The position numbers and the translations under genes were made by a program. A stretch of DNA of 64,000 bases. It comes from Macrostomum lignano (taxonomy: Eukaryota). A model generated the notes under the pieces. It was not told the origin of the DNA. It saw only the letters and a list, made by a program, of their open reading frames with translations, and searched no databases. Positions within the stretch are counted from its first letter, which is position 1, and each line of letters opens with the position of its first letter. The stretch spans positions 310,001-374,000 of the forward strand of contig NIVC01000513.1 in assembly GCA_002269645.1 (NCBI GenBank), written 5' to 3'. Shown in pieces: positions 26,826 through 39,712 of this stretch.

Positions 26826-27944
26826 CTTGAGACTGCGAGGGACGCGGGTTCGAATCCGAAATTTTATTATTGTTATTAATATTACCTATTATGGCCAGGT
26901 GTTTATCCTCGTTGGCAATGTGTTTGTGTTTTAATTTAACTGTAGATTCTGTGCAATTGACAAAAATAAATCAAGCAACTTTGACTATTTGCTTTTTTAG
27001 TCGTGTTTGTTGTTTTTCTGCGTGTTTTTTGTTTGCTTAAATTGTAAATATTTGGTAATAATTTTTGCTGTTTCTTTTCAACTGGCATTGTTGTAAGATA
27101 TACGCATATATGAATATGAAATCTGTTCAAGTAGCTGGCTAATCTCTACTCACGCTTTTCTGTGTTAAAATTTTTTTTATTAATATATACTACTGTCCGC
27201 ATCAGTCTACTGTAAGTAGAAATATGAAAATATATTTGCTTTTTTCTGCACGTCTACTAAATATTTGTGTTTCTAAGAGATCGGTCAACAATCAATTCTG
27301 TTTTTTTTGTTGCATAATCTTTAAAAATTGTTTGACTAATAACCTTAAAGTGAGCATGCACCGCTATTTATTGGCGCTCAGCTTTCTTAATCGGATTTTT
27401 ATTGTCCCCGTGTTTTATTTATACAAATTTTAAATATTATTATCATGATATACTATTTCTATTTATTTATTCGAATCCGCAATGCATTGTTGTCTGCAGT
27501 TTTATTTTTTGTCAATCTTGGCATCCAGTGTCACTCATATTTTATATTATTCATGCATATACTAGCTCTGTTGTTCAGTCACCTTGTATTTCTTTTCACC
27601 TCTTGTCTGCAATTTAACCGCTTGTTCAAAGCCAATTCTAACCCTCTGCACCCGTGTTTATGTCCCGTTCTGGCCCGCAATGTATCTCATGTGCATATCT
27701 ATATGATTAGATAGGGAATATAAGTCTAGTTACCAACTCAATTGTCTTATGTAACACAGTTTGCGTGTTGACTATTTACTTGTATTAATAATTTGTAAAC
27801 GGGTGTAAAATATTATTATATCCTTGTTTGGTCTTTGTGATTATTCATTCAATGTATATTTTTTATTTTTTATAGTTCAGTGTTAGGACTATGAGATGAT
27901 GGTTTCGTAAGGCTTTATGAGGGCTTCCAGTTGCATATTCATAG

Positions 27945-28480
27945 GGATCTCATAGGTATCTCATAAGGATCTCATAGGGATCTCATAATGAGATATATAA
28001 GGATCTCATAAGGATCTCATAAGGATCGCATAGGGATCTCATAAGGATCTCATAGGGATCTCATAAGGATCGCATAGGGATCTCATAAGGATCTCATAAG
28101 GATCGCATAGGGATCTCATAAGGATCGCATAAGGGTCTCATAAGGATCTCATAAGGATCGCATAGGGATCTCATAGGGATCTCATAGGGATCTCATAGGG
28201 ATCTCATAAGGATCTCATAAGGATCTCATAAGGATCGCATAAGGATCTCATAGGGATCTCATAGTAATCTAATAGGTATCTCATAATAATCTAATAGGTA
28301 TCTCATAATGATCTAATAGGTATCTCATAGGGATCTAATAGTGATCTCATAGGGATCTCATAGCGATCTCATAGGAATCTCATAGGTATCTCGTAGGGAT
28401 TTCATAGGGATCTCATAGGTATCTCGTAGGGATCTCATAGGGATCTCATATGGATTTCAAAGGGATCTCATAGTAATTTC
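27945..28480. repeat. 12-bp minisatellite (ggatctcataag/ggatctcatagg)
   Basis: Tandem copies. Confidence 0.92.
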
Positions 28481-28714
28481 ATCGGGTTTTCATCGGGAAC
28501 TCATTTGGATTTCATAAGCCATTTTTATTGCAATTTTTGTGTAGTATTTAGGATCTTGAGTTTGGATTTTCCGAAGGCATTCATTCTACCAGGATCAGCA
28601 TGTCAAGTTCGCAATGCCGATATGTGTCGATAATTAAATAACAAAGCAGAAAATGTGCATACCATATGAATATTTCCAGTCACACCGGATATTGCCTCGT
28701 TAAACTCTGCAACA

Positions 28715-31700
28715 ATGGAACCCGCTGGGAGCAGCAGCAGCAGCAGTCAGGCGGCGGCAGCAGATGAGCTTGACAAAATCGTCAGAGATCCGGCAGGAAG
28801 CGCCGGAGACCCTCATGCCGATCCTCAGCTCAATGAGGATGACGCCACGGCCTATGAGCAGCTGCCGGTGGTTGAGCTGAGCCGCACAGTCCTGCTAGCC
28901 GTGGACTTGACTGACCGCAGCGAGCGAATGATCCGCTGGTACGCCAGCTCTGCCGCCTACTTCTCCGACCAGGTTGTCCTGGGCTACATCATCGAGCCGC
29001 CCTCCATGCTGGTGGGCCACTTCACCCCACTGTCCACTAAGGAGCCGGACTACTACACTATTGAGGGGGGCAAGGTGTGTGTGCTTTGCTAATCTGTTTA
29101 TTGCTATCTGCAGTCAGTTGCAGTCACAATATTGCAGTCACAGTTGCAGTCACAGTTGCAGTCACAGTTGCAATCACAGTTGCAATCACAGTTGCAGTCA
29201 CAGTTGCAATCACAGTTGCAATCACAGTTGCAGTCACAGTTGCAATCACAATTGCAATCACTGTTGCAGTCACAGTTGCAATCACAGTTGCAGTCACAGT
29301 TGCAGTCACAGTTGCAATCACAGTTGCAGTCACAGTTGCAGTCACAGTTGCAGTCACAGTTGCAGTCACAGTTGCAGTCACAGTTGCAGTCACAGTTGCA
29401 ATCACAGTTGCAATCACAGTTGCAATCACAGTTGCAGTCACAGTTACAGTCACAGTTGCAGTCACAATTGCAGTCACAGTTGCAGTCACAGTTGCAGTCA
29501 CAGTTGCAGTTGCTGTCACAGTTGCAGTCACAGTTGCAGTCACAGTTGCAGTTGCTGTCACAGTTGCAGTCACAGTTGCAGTCACAGTTGCAGTCACAGT
29601 TGCAGTCACAGTTGCAGTCACAGTTGCAGTCACAGTTGCAGTCACAGTTGCAGTTGCTGTCACAGTTGCAGTCACAGTTGCAATCACAGTTGCAGTCACA
29701 GTTGCAGTCACAGTTGCAGTCACAATTAAAGTCACAGTTGCAGTCACAGTTGCAGTCACAGTTGCAATCACAGTTGCAGTCACAGTTACAGTCACAGTTG
29801 CAGTCACAGTTGCAGTTGCTGTCAAAGTTGCAGTCACAGTTGCAGTCACAGTTGCAGTCACAGTTGCAATCACAGTTGCAATCACAGTTGCAATCACAGT
29901 TGCAATCAGTTACAGTCACAGTTGCAGTCACAGTTGCAATCACAGTTGCAGTCACAGTTACAGTCACAGTTGCAGTCACAGTTGCAGTTGCTGTCAAAGT
30001 TGCAGTCACAGTTGCAGTCACAGTTGCAGTCACAGTTGCAATCACAGTTGCAATCACAGTTGCAATCACAGTTGCAATCAGTTACAGTCACAGTTGCAGT
30101 CACAGTTGCAATCACAGTTGCAGTCACAGTTGCAATCACAGTTGCAGTCACAGTTGCAGTCACAGTTACAGTCACAGTTGCAGTCACAGTTGCAATCACA
30201 GTTGCAGTCACAGTTGCAATCACAGTTGCAGTCACAATTAAAGTCACAGTTGCAGTCACAGTTGCAGTCACAGTTGCAGTCACAGTTGCAATCACAGTTG
30301 CAATCACAGTTGCAATCAGTTACAGTCACAGTTGCAGTCACAGTTGCAATCACAGTTGCAGTCACAGTTGCAGTCACAGTTGCAGTCACAGTTGCAATCA
30401 CAGTTGCAGTCACAAATGCAATCACAGTTGCAGTCACAATTAAAGTCACAGTTGCAGTCACAGTTGCAGTCACAGTTGCAGTCACAATTGCAATCACAGT
30501 TGCAATCACAGTTGCAGTTGCAGTCACAGTTACAGTCACAATTGCAGTCACAGTTGCAGTTGCAGTCACAGTTACAGTCACAGTTGCAGTCACAGTTGCA
30601 GTCACAGTTGCAGTTGCAGTCACAGTTACAGTCACAGTTGCAATCACAGTTGCAATCACAATTGCAATCACAGTTGCAATCACAGTTGCAATCACAGTTG
30701 CAATCAGTTAGTCACAGTTGCAATCACAGTTGCAGTCACAGTTGCAATCACAGTTGCAGTCACAGTTGCAATCACAGTTGCAATCACAGTTGCAATCACA
30801 GTTGCAATCACAGTTGCAGTCACAATATTGCAGTCACAGTTGCAGTCACAGTTGCAATCACAATTGCAATCACTGTTGCAGTCACAGTTGCAATCACAGT
30901 TGCAATCACAGTTGCAATCACAGTTGCAGTCACAGTTGCAATCACAGTTGCAATCACAGTTGCAATCACAGTTGCAGTCACAGTTGCAGTCACAGTTGCA
31001 GTCACAGTTGCAGTCACAGTTGCAATCACAGTTGCAATCACAGTTGCAATCACAGTTGCAGTCACAGTTGCAATCACAGTTGCAATCACAGTTGCAATCA
31101 CAGTTGCAGTCACAGTTGCAGTCACAGTTGCAGTCACAGTTGCAGTCACAGTTGCAATCACAGTTGCAATCACAGTTGCAGTCACAGTTGCAATCACAGT
31201 TGCAATCACAGTTGCAATCACAGTTGCAGTCACAGTTGCAGTCACAGTTGCAGTCACAGTTGCAATCACAGTTGCAATCACAGTTGCAATCACAGTTGCA
31301 ATCACAGTTACAGTCACAGTTGCAATCACAGTTGCAGTCACAGTTGCAATCACAGTTGCAATCAGTTAGTCACAGTTGCAATCACAGTTGCAGTCACAGT
31401 TGCAATCACAGTTGCAATCAGTTAGTCACAGTTGCAATCACAGTTGCAGTCACAGTTGCAATCACAGTTGCAGTCACAGTTGCAATCACAGTTGCAATCA
31501 CAGTTGCAATCACAGTTGCAATCACAGTTGCAATCACAGTTGCAGTCACAATATTGCAGTCACAGTTGCAGTCACAGTTGCAATCACAATTGCAATCACT
31601 GTTGCAGTCACAGTTGCAATCACAGTTGCAGTCACAGTTGCAATCACAGTTGCAATCACAGTTGCAGTCACAGTTGCAATCACAGTTGCAATCACAGTTG

Positions 31701-33012
31701 CAATCACAGTTGCAGTCACAGTTGCAGTCACAGTTGCAGTCACAGTTGCAGTCACAGTTGCAGTCACAGTTGCAGTTGCTGTCACAGTTGCAGTCACAGT
31801 TGCAGTCACAGTTACAATCACAGTTGCAGTCACAGTTGCAGTCACAATTAAAGTCACAGTTGCAGTCACAGTTGCAGTCACAGTTGCAATCACAGTTGCA
31901 GTCACAGTTACAGTCACAGTTGCAGTCACAGTTGCAGTCACAATTGCAGTCAAAGTTGCAGTCACAGTTACAGTCACAGTTGCAGTCACAGTTGCAATCA
32001 CAGTTGCAGTCACAGTTGCAATCACAGTTGCAGTCACAGTTGCAATCACAGTTGCAGTCACAATTAAAGTCACAGTTGCAGTCACAGTTGCAGTCACCAT
32101 TGCAATCACAGTTGCAATCACAGTTGCAGTTGCAGTCACAGTTACAGTCACAATTGCAGTCACAGTTGCAGTTGCAGTCACAGTTACAGTCACAGTTGCA
32201 GTCACAGTTGCAGTCACAGTTGCAGTTGCAATCACAGTTGCAATCACAGTTGCAATCACAGTTGCAGTTGCAGTCACAGTTACAGTCACAATTGCAGTCA
32301 CAGTTGCAGTTGCAGTCACAGTTACAGTCACAGTTGCAATCACAGTTGCAATCACAATTGCAATCACAGTTGCAATCACAGTTGCAATCACAGTTGCAAT
32401 CAGTTAGTCACAGTTGCAATCACAGTTGCAGTCACAGTTGCAATCACAGTTGCAGTCACAGTTGCAATCACAGTTGCAATCACAGTTGCAATCACAGTTG
32501 CAATCACAGTTGCAATCACAGTTGCAATCAGTTAGTCACAGTTGCAATCACAGTTGCAGTCACAGTTGCAATCACAGTTGCAATCACTGTTGCAGTCACA
32601 GTTGCAATCACAATTGCAATCACAGTTGCAATCACAGTTGCAGTCACAGTTGCAGTCACAGTTGCAGTTGCTGTCAAAGTTGCAGTCACAGTTGCAATCA
32701 CAGTTGCAATCATCTCCAATCGCCCCTCACCACCAGGAGCGCGCCCGCCAGCTGGGCGAGAAGCTGAAGAATTTTGCCGCCTCAATCGGCCTCCCAAATG
32801 TGGAATTTCGCAGCGAATTTTATGGCTGCTCAGCTCCGGTCGGCCTGCTCAGACTGGCTGAGGAAATCAAAGCCTCCGTGGTGGTGGTCAGCAGTCGCGG
32901 GCTGGGCAAGATGAAGCGCGTGGTGCTGGGCAGCACAACTGACCATGTGCTGCAGCACTCCCTGCGGCCTGTGCTGGTGGTGCCGCCTGCCAGCCCCAGC
33001 CCGCTGGCTTAG
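28715..33012 (+). CDS. Universal stress protein (UspA-domain) family protein, 2 exons, 211 aa
   Basis: Exon 28715-29074 (RTVLLAVDLTDRSERMIRWY) and exon 32737-33012 (VVVVSSRGLGKMKRVVLGSTTDHVLQHSLRPVLVVP). Phase-0 GT-AG intron. Both USP signature regions are present. Confidence 0.92.
29110..32710. repeat. 3.6-kb 12-bp minisatellite (cacagttgcagt/cacagttgcaat) making up almost all of the USP intron
   Basis: Read directly; generates all of the QSQL/VTVA/HSCS ORFs. Confidence 0.98.
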
Positions 33013-33109
33013 CCTGTCCGATTGTCTGCCTGTCTTAGTCCGGGCTGTTGGCGAACTTTCTTAACCTCAAGGGCCAGATAATAAATAATCCAGTTTGTGT
33101 CTGCGGAAC

Positions 33110-33600
33110 AGAGAGCAGAGGGAAGAAGAGGGAATGGAGGAGAGTCAGAGGAAGGATAAGATGAGCGGTGGGATGAGAGAAGAGAGAGGAAGAGATGGGT
33201 GAAGGGAGAAGAGGGCAGAGGAGGGAAGAGGGGGTAAGGGAGAGAGGAGGGGAGAGTAAGGAGTAGAGGGAGAGGAAGAGAGGATGGGAAAGGGGGGTAA
33301 GGGAGAGAGGAGGGGAGAGTGAGGAGAAGAGGGCAGATAGAGATGAGAAGAGGGAGAAAAAAGGGGAGAGGGAGATAAAGCAGAGAGGAGGGAGAGGGAG
33401 ATGAAGCAGAGAGGAGGGAGAGGGAGATGAAGCAGAGAGGAGGGAGGGAGATGAAGCAGAGAGGAGGGAGAGGGAGATGAAGCAGAGAGGAGGGAGAGGG
33501 AGATGAAGCAGAGAGGAGGGAGGGAGATGAAGCAGAGAGGAGGGAGAGGGAGATGAAGCAGAGAGGAGGGAGAGGGAGATGAAGCAGAGAGGAAGGCAGT
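33110..33600. repeat. Purine-rich low-complexity tract and minisatellite (gagatgaagcagagaggagg)
   Basis: Read directly from the sequence. Confidence 0.88.
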
Positions 33601-34419
33601 GAAGAGATCAATTTGAGCGAGCCGAATAGCTATCAGTTTCAATGGACCCGAGGCCGGATAGAGAGGCTTGTCAGGCCGAAGGCTGTCTCAGCCTGTTTCC
33701 TTCCTGTTTGCCTGGCTGTCTAAAATCCTATCCCGTCAGTCATGCACACACATTAATATTGCTTGCAGGTAAACCTGTTTTAAACTATGCTTAACAATAC
33801 TGTTGTACGCATATTGCGCACTGTTCGCGTATCTATTTAAATGGTAAATTCAGGTCCAATTCCTTTGACTGCAACCGCAGTGTGCGTGGGCGTGAACTTC
33901 TATTGTACTTTTCAATTCTGTTCTAATATTAATGTATCATTAATTGGGCTTGGTGTGTGGTTGTGCTAGACTATCATTACACACCATGCATACACAGTAG
34001 TTTGTACATAACCTGTTCGCATATACTTACTTTATTCAACTAATTAATCGCCTGCTATATGCGCAATGTCTTGTATTGGATCAAAATTGCAAGCAGATAT
34101 CAATAGATTGATGCAAGCTGACTACAGCTAATTGCGGACAATACGGAGACTCTTCATTTAATTAGTTCGAAAACTGAATGTCCCGTCACTCTTGCTAAAT
34201 ATTTCTTTATTATTACTGTCAATCTCCGAAATAAGTTCAATAATAATAAATAAACTGCTGCACACGAAAATAAATTATATATTTATCTATATTGTTATTT
34301 TCATCTGCATATCTGTACGCTTCTCAAACTTGCTTACATTGGTTGGAAAATATTTTGAGTTTTTTGTCTGATTGAACATCAGAACGGGGAGTCTCTGATG
34401 TCTGTATCCTTGCGGGTGA

Positions 34420-35165
34420 GATGGGACTGTTTCTGGGACTGCGGCTTGATGAAATGGGACTGTTTCTGGGACTGTGGTTGATGAGATGGGACTGTGATTG
34501 AGGAGATAGGACTGTTTCTGGGACTGCGGCTTGATGAGATGGGACTGTTTCTGGGACTGTGATTGATGAGATGGGACTGTTTTTGGGACTGTGATTGATG
34601 AGATGGGACTGTTTTTGGGACTGTGGTTGATGAAATGGGACTGTTTCTGGGACTGCGGCTTGATGAGATGGGACTGTTTTAGGACTGTGGTTGATGAAAT
34701 GGGACTGTTTCTGGGACTGCGGTTGATGAGATGGGACTGTGATTGATGAGATGGGACTGTTTCTGGGACTGTGGTTGATGAAATGGGACTGTTTCTGGGA
34801 CTGCGGCTTGATGAAATGGGACTGTTTCTGGGACTGTGATTGATGAGATGGGACTGTTTTTGGGACTGTGGTTGATGAAATGGGACTGTGATTGATGAGA
34901 TGGGACTGTTTCTGGGACTGTGGTTGATGAAATGGGACTGTTTCTGGGACTGCGGCTTGATGAAATGGGACTGTTTCTGGGACTGTGATTGATGAGATGG
35001 GACTGTTTTTGGGACTGTGGTTGATGAAATGGGACTGTGATTGATGAGATGGGACTGTTTTTGGGACTGTGGTTGATGAAATGGGACTGTTTCTGGGACT
35101 GCGGCTTGATGAGATGGGACTGTTTCTGGGACTGTGATTGATGAGATGGGACTGTTTCTGGGACT
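34420..35165. repeat. ~32-bp minisatellite (gatgagatgggactgtttctgggactgtggtt)
   Basis: Tandem copies with internal variants. Confidence 0.92.
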
Positions 35166-35592
35166 GTGATAGATAAAATGGATTCATTTTGTTAATCTCT
35201 GTGCCGGCGTAAAAAGTGCTACTGGAAACTACAATACATGTACCTGAGGAAGTCGTTTCCAGAGCTTCGTTATTATTAAATTGATTTTGCGCTCAGACGT
35301 ATCCAAGTACATGTACATGTAAATATACTTTACGGATGAATGAGTTAAAATGAAGTATTTATTTGTGCATTTATTTTAAGATGAGTCAGCAGCAAAATGC
35401 ATCAGCATGGTGCAATTATTGTCTCGGAATTCCCGATCATAGCGCTGTCGAAAAGGAAAACCGACTTCGGAACGCGGATGCCCATTCCAATGCAGGTCCA
35501 CAATCATGCATCCGGAGGCAGGTCCAAATGAGTGGTCCGACTTCCATACTAGTACATATCTATTTGCAAAGATTCAAGTTACCAGTTACCTC

Positions 35593-38121
35593 TTACATGT
35601 ACTTTAAAAGAGAGATCAAAAGGTCAGCCGCTGCAGTGAGGCTCATGCTCACGCACGGCCTCAAAAAATCTGTTTGGCTGTGCCAGTTTCTGAAGCACTG
35701 GCTTATGCAAAGTGCTGGCATTCCTGGACAATCAGGGCAGATGTACGCTGTCTTCTTCGCGATTCCGTTCTCGCTACACACGCGGCATCGATTGCGCGAC
35801 CGAACATGGGCATGCAGCATTCAATGGAGCTTTGGTCGGCGAATGCTGTACTGCAGGGCCGTCACCTGCCGCTCCGACTGCTGCAGGACGGCCTGCCCTG
35901 ATAGCGAAATGGCGCCTGCCCCTGCCAGTCTCCTCCACCAGGATGCTGATCGTTTTGTGCAGAAACGCCACGAAGGTCTTGGTGCCTGCTGGCGGTAGAC
36001 GATTCACGAGTTCCGAACCAGAAGAAGCAGCAGGTAAAACCCAGAGTTTCTGAAACCAGCGCAGCGTCTTCCGACTGGCCAGGTAGGGGTTCGCTGTTGA
36101 ATCCATACGGTCCACGCCGCAAATGCTCTTCGAGTAGGTGACCACTGTCACTGGCTTCGCGACCACCTGCTGCTCGCCTCCCCGACGGACTCGTGGCACG
36201 TTCACACAGGCAGCCTGCCCAGCAGTGTCCAGGAGATACACGGTCTTTGTCCCGTTTAGGGATTAGAAATTAGGAAAAGTCGGGACAAGGTTCACTAAAG
36301 GGCAAAGTAAGAAGCTAAAAACAGGGGGCGAAAGTTCAATTTAGAGATAAGACACTTAAGTGAGAGAAATAAAAAAAACGTCAAGAAAGGGAAATAAATC
36401 ATAGATAAGAACTTAACCTTTACTTTCCCCCCAAGATTTCAGACCAAACCAGATGACATCAAGCCGGCCGAGGCAGAGCCAGTCGGCGCGGTGCCAGGAG
36501 AATCGATACGACATGATATTCCGACTGGCGGGCGAGATAGAGCAATGGTCAACAGGCCAAGGTCAGCGGTGACGTACGGCCCAGGGAGCAAAGGACGACT
36601 CACCGAGGGACGCACGAGGGGTCTGACGTGCGAATTGACTATAATGAACCCCGAACTGACCTTTAACCATCGCCTGATGTGACAAACTAACAGATATTAA
36701 ATTATCTCTCTCGCCCCGTAGCAACGCGCTAATCGAATGTAATTGCTGCGTCTGTTCTGACACCCCGCCGTGGCTAATCCGCGGCGGGGGGGGCGGGGGA
36801 TGACGTGTATCAAATGATCTATAAAATAGACACGGCCTCGGCCCCAAAATTGACGCGCCGGAAAAGAATCAGAATTTGAGCTGGAAGTCCTGTGCACTTC
36901 ACCAATAAACCCGAGTCCACTTACTGTTCATTCTTTGTGCTACAAGCACTATTCAGATCTAGCTACGAAGCGATCTCTTTTGTAAACTCTCTTAGACCTC
37001 GAAAGGCAGTGGAAACAATAGAATAAAACCGCTAGGCAACTGAGAACGAGAGAATCAGATCCGGAGATCTAAGAGAAGTCCACACCGCTGCTCTTCCTGT
37101 CCACGAACTTACAATTGTGAGCACCTCGCCGTTCCTCGCGAAAGCCGCCGCAGTCGGTCGCAGTTGCAGTTGCTGCAGCAGCTGCGCGACGCCTCGATTG
37201 ATGCGCATGGTGCCGGTGAGCCGAGTTCCATTCGCCAGCAGCCAAATGGCTGCAGCCGATGGGACGTGAACCAGCTGTCCGTGAATACGTTCTAATTCAT
37301 GTGCAGGATTTCACGGCACAGCTCGGCCACAATTCGCTCACTAACAGAGAGGCCACCGCACTCGAGTCCCAGTCCCAATTCCACAAGTATAGCCAGTCTC
37401 CGACTCGCACAGGCAGTACAGCTTGACACGGTACCTGCTCCTCTTAGTCGGGATTTAGTGCTTGAACAGCAGACACCCCTTGTGTAAGACCAGCGTTTCG
37501 TCCACGGAAATGTGCTGACGCGGCATGTAATTGTTGCTGCACACCTGCTGCAGCTGGTGCAGAAATGGCTGGATCTTGGCCAAGGGCCCTTCCTAGACAT
37601 TCGTGCAGTCGTAAAAACGAAGGCAGGAGAGCAGCTGCTTGAACCTATCTCTCGAGGGGGCATTGGGCATGGACAGAAATGAGCAATGGAAAACAGGGTC
37701 CTGGCCTGCAGTAGCTGCTAATCTCCGGCTTTTTGTCCAGGCCCATCGGCAACAGCTCCTCGTCAGCGCACTCCTCGAATATCTTCCAGGCTCTGTACGA
37801 TTCGTCCAGGTTTTCACGCTTGCAATAATTCCATCCGTGAGGTACAGACTCAGAAACTCCTCTTCGTTTCCATCAGCTGAAGCTGGAGGCCTCCAATCTG
37901 GGGCGAACCCCTGGTGTTCCCAGAAACTCGGCTTTATTCGGCACAGCGTCCATTCCAGCCTGAACCAACTGCCACTCTGGTTCATCACCAACTTCCTCTG
38001 GCTCCATGCCTTCTTCCTCTTCTTCGCCTTCTTCCTCCATCAACTCGTCCTCGATTCCATCTAGCGACTCTAGCGAGTCGTCATCAGTCAAAATGTCTGC
38101 ATATTCGTTCTCAGATTCCAT
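35593..38121 (-). mobile_element. Degenerate piggyBac-like (PGBD4-type) DDD transposase
   Basis: Acidic N-terminus (MESENEYADILTDDD), EFLSLYLTDGII..V..TN, MPNAPSRDRFKQLLSCLRF, (frameshifted) SVDETLVLHKGRLLF..IPTKRSRY.VKLYCLCESETGY, DSWFTS, KP...Y....GVDRMD...Y...RKTLRWFQKL, and a C-terminal Cys-rich domain (RCRVC...TAYICPDC..PALC..CFRNWH). Multiple frameshifts and stops. Confidence 0.9.
36242..37080. mobile_element. ~840-bp insertion nested in the piggyBac transposase; right half is LTR-like
   Basis: Removing it, assuming a CAC duplication, restores in-frame FVDRKSSGVYLLDTA. The right half has TGTGAC..., a TATA-like TCTATAAAAT and AATAAA signals. Confidence 0.6.
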
Positions 38122-38167
38122 GGCAGCAGCCAGTGGACAGTAAATATATAATTAGAGAGCAGAGAAA

Positions 38168-38664
38168 AAGAGGATGTGAACTTAAGCGCGATTTGGAAGC
38201 CGTGAGTCCAGCAACCAAACCGCTGCGAAATTCTCACTATTCAGACCCAAAATAGACAAGAAAAGCGTAATTAATCTTTCTTCCACCCCGGCCGCTTCCG
38301 CATGGGATAAATGGGGAAAATTGGGGATTTCATGTGAACTTAAGGCTCTGAAATGGAAGCGGTGGCCGATTGACCCGGTTTCTCTATCGGAGCTCTCTAC
38401 TGGACCGACAATGAGAGTAGAATTGTTGAAAACCATGTTGAGATCCGATAGAGAAACCGGGTCAATCGGCCACCGCTTCCATTTCAGAGCCTTAAGTTCA
38501 CATGAAATCCCCAATTTTCCCCATTTATCCCATGCGGAAGCGGCCGGGGTGGAAGAAAGATTAATTACGCTTTTCTTGTCTATTTTGGGTCTGAGTGAGA
38601 ATTTCGCAGCGGTTTGGTTGCTGGACTCACGGCTTCCAAATCGCGCTTAAGTTCACATCCTCTT
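38168..38664. mobile_element. Near-perfect foldback/MITE: ~222-bp inverted arms around a 52-bp spacer
   Basis: 38168-38391 is the reverse complement of 38444-38664 apart from a 3-bp indel. Four ATGTGAACTTAAG motifs are present. Confidence 0.92.
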
Positions 38665-39712
38665 AGAGCCAGTTGCAATTGGAATTGAAAGAGAACAGTA
38701 AGTGTGGCACAGGGCCCAAAGCGAATATATTTAAGACATTAAACTAGGGGAGTGAAGATAATAAAATGAGGGTGTGAAACTCGGCGACTATAAAAAAGAG
38801 GCGAGGTTGAAGAGCCAATCAGAAAGCAGCGAGGGAAAGGGATAAAAGTGGTCCAGACTGAACTGGACCAAGAGGGAGAAAACAGAGTAAACAGAGACAA
38901 GTGCGGATGAACTGAAGATATGACTAAGAAAGTCGCGACAGAGAGAAGCCGGCGGGAAAGGGGGTGCTGCAGCAGGCAACGGGGGTGGTGCTAAGCCGAC
39001 ATAAGGGTTTCATAAGAAGGAGGAAACTTTTAAGTGATATGAAATTTTTGTGAAGCTGTGAAACTTCTTCCGAAAGTGCCTCCTCACTAAGCGCACTATT
39101 CAATAAGCCGGTCCTCAGAGAAAATGACAACAACAATTGCAGCAGCACGCCTCCTTGATCACGTCGAACCGCGCCTTTTTAAATATGGAAGATACTCTAT
39201 CGTAGAGCTCTCGTAGTACTTTCTGGGATTCCTCGTGCTAAATTGATACGAAAAGGTGCGGCAATGGTCAACTTTAATTATACTTACAGAAGGCACGAAG
39301 TGACTGGGAAAGCAAAAAGCAAAGAAAATGAAGTGGCTGAACTTACATTCATGTCAAGACCAATTAGAAGAGGCACATCTGGCGAGAAATGGCAAATGGC
39401 TTTTCTGAAGACTCGGAAAGACGGCAAGCGGCCCTTTCGGTCTGGGCGATGAACCTGGCGATCAGACGAACTCGCTCTTCCAGCTCGCACCCACAAATTT
39501 TTCCATCGCGAACAGCCAAGCCGAGCGGAGCGACCCGCTGAAGACAGTCCGATGCTGGAAACCTTATCGAGCACATCTTTGAGCTCGTCATCAATGCTCT
39601 GAGAGCTGGCATCAAGGCGAGTGAGATTAGCAGCCCTTGTAGTTGAGAAAGCTTCATAAATATTTAGGGCATGTTTTTTATCTCGAACAGACTGGAATTC
39701 TTCGATGAAGAT

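Noticed and set aside
29077-32861. Many 120-677 aa ORFs (QSQL, VTVA, HSCS/NCDC repeats; superficially antifreeze- or metallothionein-like)
   Set aside because: All come from a stop-poor 12-bp array lying between a GT donor and an AG acceptor of the USP gene.
38700-39700. Possible gag-like or other coding remnants between the foldback and the Mab-21 pseudogene
   Set aside because: Frames are fragmented and no motif is identifiable by eye.
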